Assembly: GCA_964354495.1 (NCBI GenBank)
Contig: CAYHAA010000003.1
Coordinates: 130,507-162,506, forward strand
DNA from: an uncultured archaeon
GTDB lineage: Archaea > Asgardarchaeota > Thorarchaeia > Thorarchaeales > Thorarchaeaceae
DNA length: 32,000 nt
Reading direction: 5' to 3'
Notes under the pieces: model-generated
Told to the model about the DNA's origin: nothing
The model's database searches: none
What the model saw: the letters and a program-made list of their open reading frames with translations, nothing else
Part shown: piece by piece, positions 16,495 through 25,371 of the stretch
Layout: every line of letters begins with the position of its first letter
How positions within the stretch are numbered: position 1 is the first letter of the stretch
Position numbers and translations under genes: made by a program

Positions 16495-17352
16495 ATGATG
16501 GTCAAAGACTGTATGCAATCTGATGTGGCCTATGTTTCCGTGCCAGGCACACGGGAGGATGTTCTTCAGATAATGGCTGAGAAACAAATCAGCGGTGTGC
16601 CCGTGGTGAAGAAGGGGACTAGGACCCTGGTTGGTATTATAACAAGGACGGATCTTCTGAAAAAAGCCGACGAGAACCAGCTAGCGATGTTGATGATCAG
16701 AGATCCTATTACCGTGAGCTCCAGAACGGACTTGAAATCAGCCACAAAGATCATGATTGACAGGAATTTCAGAAGACTTCCTGTGGTCGAAAAGGACGAG
16801 CTTGTTGGACTACTATCTATACCGGACATTTTGGGAGCGGTTCTAGAGAATAATGAGAAGATTGGGTCAAAAGGAATCTCGGAGTATATATCAAAGGAGA
16901 TTGCTGCGGTCTGGGACCAGACTCCACTTCCGCTCACCTATATGATAATGGATATGGCTGGAAAGAACTCTCTTGTCCTGATTGGTGCAAGTGGAGGAGT
17001 ATCAGGTATGATTACTGTCAGTGACTACATTCGTCTCTCAGAAGTCACTATCGAGGATAGTATATCGAAGACCTTCAGCGGACAGGATAGTACAGTTGAG
17101 TGGGGTTGGACTTCAAAGGACTTCCTTGTAGTCACCAAAAAACTGCTCAAGCTGCCCAGTATTCCAGTGGCTGATACAATGACAAAGAACATCATCAGTA
17201 TCAGTGAAATAGCCACGGTTTCGGAACTCGTGAGAATACTCCGTAAAGAGGATATTGATCAAGTACCTGTCCTCTCTGCAACTGGCAATCTAATAGGTAT
17301 GATTGAGGACAAGAATCTCTTGAAACTTGCACTTGAAACTCAATCTGAGTGA
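16495..17352 (+). CDS. Four-CBS-domain (two Bateman module) nucleotide-binding protein
   Basis: SGVPVV..LVGIITRTDL, RRLPVV..LVGLLSIPDI, SGMITVSD, DQVPVL..LIGMI; CTATAAAA box about 25 nt upstream. Confidence 0.9.
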   Translation: MMVKDCMQSDVAYVSVPGTREDVLQIMAEKQISGVPVVKKGTRTLVGIITRTDLLKKADENQLAMLMIRDPITVSSRTDLKSATKIMIDRNFRRLPVVEKDELVGLLSIPDILGAVLENNEKIGSKGISEYISKEIAAVWDQTPLPLTYMIMDMAGKNSLVLIGASGGVSGMITVSDYIRLSEVTIEDSISKTFSGQDSTVEWGWTSKDFLVVTKKLLKLPSIPVADTMTKNIISISEIATVSELVRILRKEDIDQVPVLSATGNLIGMIEDKNLLKLALETQSE

Positions 17353-20300
17353 TTATCAAGGAACTCGTCCAGAAACGTCTGTTCTGAAACAAAGAGCGAG
17401 TCCATTGAACTATTGATGAGCTTCAATCGTTCTTGCATGAACTGATCTAGTCCGTGGTCGTGGATTATCTTCTCTGTCACAGTCAGATACTTGGAGATGT
17501 TCCTCTCTCTGACAGTCAGTGACAGTTTCGATTCACCACAGACGCACTTTCCAGAGATTGGCACTCGGCGATAGATTCGATTACACTTCATACACCGGAA
17601 TCTCTGTGTGGAGTAGGCTCTGAGGTTCCCTTGAATGTCCCTGAAGAAATGAGTGGATAGAACCCTCTGGGCAACGTCCTTCGAGTCAACAGCATCAATC
17701 AATGTGGCAAGACGGAGTTGAGCCTCAAGCTTGTCATCCATGGTTTCCAGTATCTTGTAACGTGAGTTCTTCGGTCCGGCATCAATGGTCGTCGTGTTAT
17801 GAGTGAAACCAAATCCCTCGTATTGCGCAGGAGTGTTGAGTCGATTCGCAACAATATCAACTAGACCCTTCACAGCCTTAGGATGACGGGCATGAGCAAC
17901 CATGTCATAGAATCTGGCAGGATATCGTCTGCACACTTCCATGTTGTGACTCTCATCATCAACCTCCATGGGATTCAGAATCACCGAGAGAACCAGAGGA
18001 GCATCCATGAGACCACCTCGACCGGAGGGGAGATAATGCTTGGAAAAGTTCAGGAGTGCATCAAGAACCAAGATTAGAGCATCCTCATCGCCATCGCAGT
18101 TTCTGCGCTTCGCTGCATGCCAGTACGGCTGAGCATAACAGACACTTGCTGTTGTGAACCCAATGATTCTACCGATGATTCCAGCAGATGTATGTGGAGC
18201 AAGACCAATGACTAACTGTCCAACTATGTCCTCTTGGGAATTGATTTCATAATATCTGTGCAGCCCATAGATCTTCTCCAAGCAATCATCAACGAATCTT
18301 CCGACCCGTAGGAGGTAATCTGCACAGTTCTCAGACACTACTAGGTCTTGTACTTTGATTTCAACAATCTGATCCTCAGAAACAAGGGGGGCACCATTAT
18401 AGTCCGTCACATATCCCAGTTCTCTTAGTCTATCGACAGACACTCCGATTTCGTTGGGTACGAAATGAGTCAATGGAGCATCAGTGGCATCAAAACGAGC
18501 TGTGCCATCTCTGTAGCAGTACACATCATGTTTTGCCCGAAGAACCCCCTTGCCAAGATACTCAGGTATCTTATTGTCATTTGTAAGCCCAAGGACCCCG
18601 CGGACTCCATGCGCCTCGAACTCTCCAACCTCAGTCTTGACTCGCTCCAGAAGGGCTTTCAGGTCTATAGAAACTGTTCTTGTAGTGCGAATCATATTGA
18701 TATCATGACTCATGGGGCACAGACCGGTTGAAGGGTTGATAGGACGTCCACATCCTTCTTGTGCACACCATGGCTCTATCTCGGTATGAGAGCCACACTT
18801 GGAGCACCTTGATTCGTAGGTCTTATTGCCACAGCTAGGGCATCCACGAGATACTAGCTCGACCTCTACACCTGATGCTTCGGGTATCAAATTGTGCGTA
18901 GAGCTGCCTTCCTCAAAGGCATCTAGTGTCGTGACATATTGAACGTTCTTAGCCACCTCTTCCATTCTTCTCTCTGTGCCTTTGGCCCGACCAACCGGGA
19001 ACAGAACTTGAACGGGAGGCTTCATCTTCCGTGCCTCAGCTTTCTCAGGCCTTCCCATCCTAGCTCCGATGGAGAAGCCGATCTTGTCTTTGAGAGGCAT
19101 TTGTGACACTGAGTTTAGATACTCAAGTGTTGTTTCTCCTTTCGGGCGTCTTGAGCCATCTCCTATCTGTGCCATAATAGTGACTGGCTCGTCTGTCAAC
19201 ACTATTCTCTTCTTGTCTTTCATGAAACGGTGCGGGATACCTATTCTTTCGAGAAGGAATTTATGCGCTTTATCAAATGGCAGAACTATCCTCTCTTCTT
19301 CCGCGTTCTTTTCGATTTTGTATGTGCTGAGGATCCAATCACGAAGGTCCACAATTTCCTCTAATGAAAGAACTCCCCATCTATAGAGATAGTAAGGGTG
19401 AAGTGGCACCTTGAGTTTCTTTGAGAGATGAAAAGCCTGAAGAGCCGTGGGAATATGAGAGAGCGGAGATTCAACAATTTCGTTAATGCTGTCAGGGGAG
19501 ATGCCAGAGCCAGCAAGTTTCCGCGTGAGCTGTTCCTTAGTGATTATAGATAACGCATGTTCAAGATCATGAGACCACCATTCTTCGCAATATCCTGATG
19601 GAACCAGTGGATGGTTGTTCTCCAGAAACTCACCCAGTGCAACCAGAATATCGCCTAGAAAGATGACCCGTTCTATTTTTCCTTCGAGACCTCGTGCGTC
19701 ATCTGAACGGGAGAATCGAATGACAGAACCATCCTTGAGGAGCACAATTGGCCCCTCGATGGTATCAACAGGAGCAACTATGGAGCCTTTCCCAGGACGC
19801 TCAGTACGAATGTGTGTGCCTGTGGCAAGGAACTCCTCAACGACATACATAGTAGCTGGGTGAATGCCAACTCCTGCTAGACCCGTATCACGAGAACGGC
19901 CATACCTCAATCGAAACCCGCCAACACGGGAGGGGTGAGAGAACACGGGTCGTCCGCCAATGACATCAGCTAGGTAATCGTACTTTGGTTCAAGCTTCTT
20001 ATCAGCTGCGTTTTCATCCTCTTGGGGTGTTGCCTTCGATATCTTTGAGGCAAGATCATCAAGCCAATCCCAACCTTGAATATTCGCATCATGAACGATT
20101 TTCGCAAGCTTTGCGGCTCTTCCGACGACGCCATCGCTCAAAACAAGGACAGACCCTCCGCGAACACGGTTCGTTTCAATCCGTTCCAAGTCTCTGCTGC
20201 CTGAAACCTCAAACTCCTCCGTTGGCTCCCCGGTGAGCATGATTGGTAGTCTTGCAGCAGCAAAAAGAATCAGTTCTGGGTGAACTGGATATTGAAGATG

Positions 20301-20903
20301 CACATTGCGAGCGTAGAGCTCCACCTCCTCGAGCGCACGTTCGGTTTCTTCTTCAGTGGACTTGAAGGGTGGAAGCTTTAGCACCTGCCTGACGTAGTCA
20401 GCAACAAGAACAGTCATGGCAGCCTCAGTTCCGCCTGCTGCACGTATTGGACCAGCAAGATACAACGCAAGATATCGATCTTCTCCGGAACCTCGAATCT
20501 TGACCTTTGCAATACCTTCAAGCGGAGCTGCTGTTATGCTCTCTGTCAAAATGGCTAGGGCAACGCGCACAGCCTTGTCAGCAGCCTTTTCTTGATCTGT
20601 GATATTGCCAAGTGTCCCTTCAGCAATCTCCTTAGCCACGGCAAATGCGACCTCTTCTCGAGACCTGCCCTTCTGCAGTTCCCGAATCCGCTTTGCGACA
20701 CCCACTGGGCCCTCTAATGTGGCTTCAACACGAGCTGCAACATCATGTGCGGGAGGTATCTCGACCTTTATGGCAGGATCAAATCCCTTCGATCGTGCTT
20801 CCTCTGCGACAGCATATATCCGTGTGACTTCTCGATTCAATGAGTCAAAGTACTCTTTGTAACTAATACTGTGAGCTGGAAGGTCGTGTTCGAGTTCTGT
20901 CAC
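17340..20903 (-). CDS. polC: DNA polymerase D large subunit DP2 (no intein), GTG start
   Basis: AGPIRAAGGT, GGFRLRYGRSR, MGRPEKA, DGTARFDATD, catalytic HAAKRRNCDGDED uninterrupted, Zn fingers, C-terminal PIP box QTFLDEFL. Confidence 0.98.
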   Translation of the reverse strand: MTELEHDLPAHSISYKEYFDSLNREVTRIYAVAEEARSKGFDPAIKVEIPPAHDVAARVEATLEGPVGVAKRIRELQKGRSREEVAFAVAKEIAEGTLGNITDQEKAADKAVRVALAILTESITAAPLEGIAKVKIRGSGEDRYLALYLAGPIRAAGGTEAAMTVLVADYVRQVLKLPPFKSTEEETERALEEVELYARNVHLQYPVHPELILFAAARLPIMLTGEPTEEFEVSGSRDLERIETNRVRGGSVLVLSDGVVGRAAKLAKIVHDANIQGWDWLDDLASKISKATPQEDENAADKKLEPKYDYLADVIGGRPVFSHPSRVGGFRLRYGRSRDTGLAGVGIHPATMYVVEEFLATGTHIRTERPGKGSIVAPVDTIEGPIVLLKDGSVIRFSRSDDARGLEGKIERVIFLGDILVALGEFLENNHPLVPSGYCEEWWSHDLEHALSIITKEQLTRKLAGSGISPDSINEIVESPLSHIPTALQAFHLSKKLKVPLHPYYLYRWGVLSLEEIVDLRDWILSTYKIEKNAEEERIVLPFDKAHKFLLERIGIPHRFMKDKKRIVLTDEPVTIMAQIGDGSRRPKGETTLEYLNSVSQMPLKDKIGFSIGARMGRPEKAEARKMKPPVQVLFPVGRAKGTERRMEEVAKNVQYVTTLDAFEEGSSTHNLIPEASGVEVELVSRGCPSCGNKTYESRCSKCGSHTEIEPWCAQEGCGRPINPSTGLCPMSHDINMIRTTRTVSIDLKALLERVKTEVGEFEAHGVRGVLGLTNDNKIPEYLGKGVLRAKHDVYCYRDGTARFDATDAPLTHFVPNEIGVSVDRLRELGYVTDYNGAPLVSEDQIVEIKVQDLVVSENCADYLLRVGRFVDDCLEKIYGLHRYYEINSQEDIVGQLVIGLAPHTSAGIIGRIIGFTTASVCYAQPYWHAAKRRNCDGDEDALILVLDALLNFSKHYLPSGRGGLMDAPLVLSVILNPMEVDDESHNMEVCRRYPARFYDMVAHARHPKAVKGLVDIVANRLNTPAQYEGFGFTHNTTTIDAGPKNSRYKILETMDDKLEAQLRLATLIDAVDSKDVAQRVLSTHFFRDIQGNLRAYSTQRFRCMKCNRIYRRVPISGKCVCGESKLSLTVRERNISKYLTVTEKIIHDHGLDQFMQERLKLINSSMDSLFVSEQTFLDEFLDNHSD

Positions 20904-21056
20904 AATTCGTCATAGCGTGTCTACCGTATTCTGTGTTTCGCTTCAAGAACACACAAATTCACCAAGCTCGTTGCAAGAGAGTAGATTACTTTAAAGGATT
21001 GGGACAGGACAGGTACATTGCTAGGCACCACCAGCAAATAGAGGAAGGTGACCTGT

Positions 21057-22850
21057 TTGCTTACTCTCGAAGAAACGATTGAGTTGATTCTAAAACATAG
21101 GTCTGACTTTGAACGTAATGATATCCTGACAATGATTCAGGAGAAGCGCCAAGATCTCGGCCCTGAAGTCATCAATGACGAGTCTGCAGCAATGATTGTG
21201 GCCAGAGAACTAGGTGTAGACCTGCACAGGATGACCCCAAGTGCACGCCAGAGAATAGAGGATATCACTGAATCTACCAAGAATGTGAACGCACTGGTAG
21301 GCATTATCGACAATATCAGTGGTGTGCGGACATTCCAGAAATCGGATGGAACTGAGGGGAAGGTAGCAAGCATTGCCCTTCGCGACGAAACCGGCAGTAT
21401 CAGAGTAGTCCTCTGGGACGATATGACACGAGCCATATCTGAAGGCATTCTCGCTCTAGGCAGTGTGGTCCAGGTACGAGGAGCCTATGTAAAAATGGGA
21501 CTTGGTAATACGATTGAACTCAACATCGGACGTACGGGGACAATCCAGCCATTAGAAAACGATGAGATTGAAGAGTTGAGTGTTAATTTTGAAAGCAGAC
21601 CAACTTCAGAGGAAACCAAAATCAGTGAACTTCAGGATAGACTCTTCAATATTACGATGAAAGTCAAGATTCAGCGAGTCTTCAACCTCTCGACGTTCAA
21701 AAGAAAAAAGGATGATTCGGAGGGAAAGGTATTGTCGATGATTGTTGCAGACGATACCGGAACGACAAGACTTGTTTTTTGGGATGAGAAGGCCGAGGAG
21801 ATGAAGGATGCTCAACCAGACGAGATAATCAGAGTGACTGGAGCATATACAAAACTGAACAGAGATGCAACCGAGACTGAGATTCATGCGGGGAATGCTG
21901 CAAAGATAGAGCGAAAACTCAAGGGCAAGATGAAGACAGTGGAGGCCCCGGCCCGGACATCCAGCGGCTCTACCCCGCTAGGTATGAAGAGCGTTAGAGA
22001 GCTCACTACAGACATGTGGGATGTTGATATCGAGGGCAAGATAGTGACTGTTTACGATGCGAAGACCTTCACAAAGAAAGACGGCAGTGAGGGACAGGTG
22101 AGAAATGTGGTCATCGCAGACCAGACCAGCAAGATCAGAGTGACCTTCTGGGACGATGATGTTGACAAGATAGCGAAGGTCAAAGAGGGTGATGTTGTCA
22201 GAGTCCTTCATGGGTATACAAAAGAGGGATTCAGAGGAGGTCTGGAGTTCACCGTTGGACGCAAATCAGAGATCAAGTTGAATCCAAAGGACTCTCAATT
22301 GAAACAGCTAGACCTCTCTGAGGTATCTTTTGAGTCTGTGCCAACCCAAGCATCAAGAGTGCTCATTGGAGAGATAGATGATAGTACTGAGGGAAAGAAT
22401 GTTGAAATCTGTGGCATAATCGTTGGTATCGGGCAAACAGGAGTCATCTATCAGGCCTGTCCTACCTGCAATAAGAAACTTGAAGCCACTGACGAGGGGT
22501 ACAATTGCAAGTCATGTGGGCCTGTTAAGAACCCTGAGCCACGGATGTTATACAAGATTACGATTGATGATGGGTCAGGCTCGATAAGGGCGACACTCTT
22601 TGGCAGTGTTGGTGAAAAACTACTGGGAATGACGGCGGAGGAGGCACATAAAATGATCACCAAATCTGGGAAGGAGGACGAACCACTACGTGTGACTTCC
22701 GATAAGATACTTGGTAGATACATATCCATGGATGGACGCATCAAGAAATTCCGAGATTCCTTGGACATTTCCATCAACGGTTTTGAGTTTGCAGATCCTA
22801 TTCAAGAAATCAAGCGTCTGAAGGGAACAATCCAGAAGGAAGTCGGTTGA
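21057..22850 (+). CDS. rpa: Replication protein A large subunit: N-terminal helical domain, 3 OB folds and a Zn-finger OB fold (TTG 21057 preferred over GTG 21048)
   Basis: Repeated D.TG.IRV.LWD/FWD OB motifs three times; CPTC...CKSC in the fourth OB fold; SD GGTGA at 21047-21051. Confidence 0.93.
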   Translation: MLTLEETIELILKHRSDFERNDILTMIQEKRQDLGPEVINDESAAMIVARELGVDLHRMTPSARQRIEDITESTKNVNALVGIIDNISGVRTFQKSDGTEGKVASIALRDETGSIRVVLWDDMTRAISEGILALGSVVQVRGAYVKMGLGNTIELNIGRTGTIQPLENDEIEELSVNFESRPTSEETKISELQDRLFNITMKVKIQRVFNLSTFKRKKDDSEGKVLSMIVADDTGTTRLVFWDEKAEEMKDAQPDEIIRVTGAYTKLNRDATETEIHAGNAAKIERKLKGKMKTVEAPARTSSGSTPLGMKSVRELTTDMWDVDIEGKIVTVYDAKTFTKKDGSEGQVRNVVIADQTSKIRVTFWDDDVDKIAKVKEGDVVRVLHGYTKEGFRGGLEFTVGRKSEIKLNPKDSQLKQLDLSEVSFESVPTQASRVLIGEIDDSTEGKNVEICGIIVGIGQTGVIYQACPTCNKKLEATDEGYNCKSCGPVKNPEPRMLYKITIDDGSGSIRATLFGSVGEKLLGMTAEEAHKMITKSGKEDEPLRVTSDKILGRYISMDGRIKKFRDSLDISINGFEFADPIQEIKRLKGTIQKEVG

Positions 22851-22893
22851 AGAGGAGTAGCCTGTGCCCATTATGGTACAGACTCTGAAACTC

Positions 22894-24135
22894 CTATGAA
22901 CTGGCCTCGATGAGGGTTGCAAGCCCCTCAAGAAAGGCGTTGACATCATCGATGTTGTTGTACAGATAGAAACTAGCACGTGTAGTTCCCATCTTCGGGT
23001 CGATGCCCATTTGATAATGGAATGGTCCAACGCAGTGCCATCCGGAGCGTACCATGACATTGAATTCATCATTCAGGAAAGTGGCGACATCATGTGCCGA
23101 GGGGACACTGTCCACAGTGAAGGTGACTAGCCCTGTTTTGAGACTGATGTCATCAGTCCCAAGGATGTGTACGTGGCCCATTTCGAGCAGCCGCTTCATT
23201 GCAGATTCTAGGAGAAAACGTTCATGCTTCTCAATCTCGTGCATCCCAATTGACTGGAGATACTCGACTGCCGCACCAGCCCCTATTGCACCAGCATAGT
23301 TCTGTAGGCCAGCCTCGAACTTCTCAGGAGGATGAAGGTATTCTGGAACTATCTTTCCATTCTCGAATCGAACATCACGAACTGTATCACCACCAAATAG
23401 GAACATGTTCATGGATTCAAGATGCTCAAGCTTGCCGTACAGCACACCCATGCCGGTTGGACCGCACATCTTATGGACTGAAATAGCAGAGAAATCCACG
23501 TCAAGAGCTTGCACATCAAGAGGGTGATGAGGAGCATATTGAGCGTCATCACTCATGATAAGAGCGCCTCGATCATGAGCAAGCTCAGCAATCTCCTTGA
23601 TGGGCGCGATCGTGCCTGTTACATTTGATGAGTGTACTATAGACACTAGGCTTGTGCTGTGGTCAATGGCCCCTTTCCAGTCTTCAATATCGAAGGTCCC
23701 ATCCTCCTGAGCGTTGATGACCTCTATCCGTAGACCGTCACGTTTTGCTCTTTCAACAAACGGGAGCGAGCCGCTATGATGTTCAAGAGAAGTCGTAATA
23801 ATCTTGGAGCCTCTTGGCAAATTCACTGAGCTGGCAACGATATTCAAGGATTCTGTTGCATTTCTGGTCCAGATGCACTCTTCGGGTTGATTAGCATTCA
23901 AGAAGTCCGCAAATTTGCTTCGTGAGGCATGATATGCATTAGAGGCCTCTTCGCCGAATTTGTGAATGCTTCGTCCTGCACAGGCAGGATACATTTCATA
24001 GTACTCATTCATTGCATCAATGACCTGTCTAGGTTTGAGTGACATACACGCACTGTCTAGATACACAACTCGACGGCTGTTGATTCTGCGTCGAAGAGCA
24101 GGAAAATCGCCTCTTATTTTTCTCCAGTCAACCAT
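22894..24135 (-). CDS. sufS: Group II cysteine desulfurase (SufS/Csd-like)
   Basis: RGDFP, YLDSA, LEHHS, DDAQ, PLP-Lys in SVHKMCGPTG.G, FEAG, catalytic RSGWHC; start ATG 24135 (ORF track gives 24162). Confidence 0.93.
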   Translation of the reverse strand: MVDWRKIRGDFPALRRRINSRRVVYLDSACMSLKPRQVIDAMNEYYEMYPACAGRSIHKFGEEASNAYHASRSKFADFLNANQPEECIWTRNATESLNIVASSVNLPRGSKIITTSLEHHSGSLPFVERAKRDGLRIEVINAQEDGTFDIEDWKGAIDHSTSLVSIVHSSNVTGTIAPIKEIAELAHDRGALIMSDDAQYAPHHPLDVQALDVDFSAISVHKMCGPTGMGVLYGKLEHLESMNMFLFGGDTVRDVRFENGKIVPEYLHPPEKFEAGLQNYAGAIGAGAAVEYLQSIGMHEIEKHERFLLESAMKRLLEMGHVHILGTDDISLKTGLVTFTVDSVPSAHDVATFLNDEFNVMVRSGWHCVGPFHYQMGIDPKMGTTRASFYLYNNIDDVNAFLEGLATLIEASS

Positions 24136-24140
24136 GTCAA

Positions 24141-24374
24141 TCAGCCCCTGACCAACCGCCATCGGTACCCACCCTTGCCGAACGTCTTTGCAACCAGCTT
24201 CTTCTCTACCAATTGATTCGCTGCAGCGACAAATGCATCACCGCCAGCGCAGTCTGTACAGACATCAGAGTATTGCTCTGTGCTAGCAAGCTCGAGAATC
24301 TCAGTGGTAGTCAGAAAGTCTTTGGTTTCGAGTATCTTGAGCACACACTGAGCATTTCTTGAGAGATCGGGCAT
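24141..24374 (-). CDS. 77-aa winged helix-turn-helix protein with a CxxC insert
   Basis: Helix VLKILE, LTTTEIL, CTDC, recognition helix, beta-wing KTFGKGGYRWRL; stop lies 5 nt before the sufS ATG. Confidence 0.75.
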   Translation of the reverse strand: MPDLSRNAQCVLKILETKDFLTTTEILELASTEQYSDVCTDCAGGDAFVAAANQLVEKKLVAKTFGKGGYRWRLVRG

Positions 24375-24429
24375 TAATGGCCCGAGCGGAGCATACAGCA
24401 ATAAGAAAGCTTCGTAAGGTTAGAGCAAG

Positions 24430-24588
24430 ACACTCAGCGACTCTGTAGAATAATTCTCATATTGTTCACGAAATCAATGCCAAGAGCAATGAAATGGTTC
24501 TCTTTTGATAGTTTCAAGTTGAGATATGCAGATTTTCTCTCATCCAAGTCATATGAACTTTGATTTATTTTACAGGGCCACACTCAGC
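24430..24588. mobile_element. 141-bp MITE (24439-24579) with IS903-like 18-bp TIRs and a 9-bp target-site duplication
   Basis: ACACTCAGC at 24430-24438 and 24580-24588; left end GACTCTGTAGAATAATTC, right end (reverse complement) GGCCCTGTAAAATAAATC, 14/18 identical; AT-rich interior with no ORF. Confidence 0.85.
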
Positions 24589-24601
24589 AAAACGCTTAAA
24601 T
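24588..24601 (+). promoter_or_regulatory. BRE plus TATA of elf1
   Basis: CAAAAC-G-CTTAAAT directly after the right target duplication; SD GGGTGA at 24673-24678. Confidence 0.55.
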
Positions 24602-24684
24602 CAACATCCGGGCGGAGGAGCTCGTTCTATTTCTGTCGGGGCTTATGCTCTGGTAGGTGTGAAATAGGCATAGGGTGAATGAGA

Positions 24685-24936
24685 ATGGGAAGACGAAGAA
24701 GACAGAAAGTGCGAAGACGACCACAGAAACGTATTCCAGATGTATATCCTTGTCCCGCCTGTGGTAATACCGCCATAAAGATTGAGCTCTATCGAGATAA
24801 TTCCATGGCAACCGTGAAGTGTGGATCCTGTGGGATTGAAATGAACATTGATGAAGTCAATCCTTTGACCGAGCCCGTTGATGTCTACGGGAGCTTCATA
24901 GACAAGTTCTATGAAGAGCGTACTGCTGAGAATTGA
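24685..24936 (+). CDS. elf1: Transcription elongation factor Elf1
   Basis: MGRRRR basic tail, CPACG...CGSCG zinc ribbon, EPVDVYGSFID. Confidence 0.93.
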   Translation: MGRRRRQKVRRRPQKRIPDVYPCPACGNTAIKIELYRDNSMATVKCGSCGIEMNIDEVNPLTEPVDVYGSFIDKFYEERTAEN

Positions 24937-25003
24937 GTGTGATACAACCATCAATATTCAGCAACGGTTATAAGTGCACCAACTCCGAGAGCACAAGATT
25001 CCA

Positions 25004-25120
25004 ATGCAGACCATCAGTACTTTCATTTCAATACTTCTCATTCTATTGGCAGCGGCGGGCATATTCGCTCTTCTACTGACGATGGGATACATGGTATATG
25101 GTGGTGAAGAGGAAGACTAG
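25004..25120 (+). CDS. 38-aa single-pass membrane microprotein (below the ORF-track cutoff)
   Basis: MQTISTFISILLILLAAAGIFALLLTMGYMVYGGEEED*; TTATAA box at 24968-24973, about 30 nt upstream; fills the gap between elf1 and the next gene. Confidence 0.65.
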   Translation: MQTISTFISILLILLAAAGIFALLLTMGYMVYGGEEED

Positions 25121-25140
25121 TCTACGGGAAGTTGTTTCCC

Positions 25141-25371
25141 ATGATGGCGTCCATTCTAAGAACTGCTTTTGAAAATGTTATAACCCACATCTCCAACGTG
25201 GATGATGTAAGAGAACTGATAAACGATCTTGATAGGCAGAATGAACCAGTTGACCATTCTATTCATGTATTAGAGAAGATGGCCGAAGATGCTGAGGTGA
25301 CTCTCAGGACTGATATCCGCATCTTAATCAATGAATGTTGCCACCTTCGGAGCAAGATGACTGGCCGATGA
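25141..25371 (+). CDS. Small helical hypothetical protein coupled to lhr
   Basis: Amphipathic helical sequence; its TGA overlaps the lhr ATG (ATGA, 25368-25371); start ATG 25141/25144 or TTG 25132. Confidence 0.65.
   Translation: MMASILRTAFENVITHISNVDDVRELINDLDRQNEPVDHSIHVLEKMAEDAEVTLRTDIRILINECCHLRSKMTGR

Noticed and set aside
18080-18130. Intein at the DP2 HAAKRRN/CDGDED site
   Set aside because: The motif is contiguous and the protein length is normal; the site is empty.
25004-25120. Identity of the microprotein as OST4
   Set aside because: Size and topology fit, but the MI(T/S)DxQL signature is absent; left as unknown.
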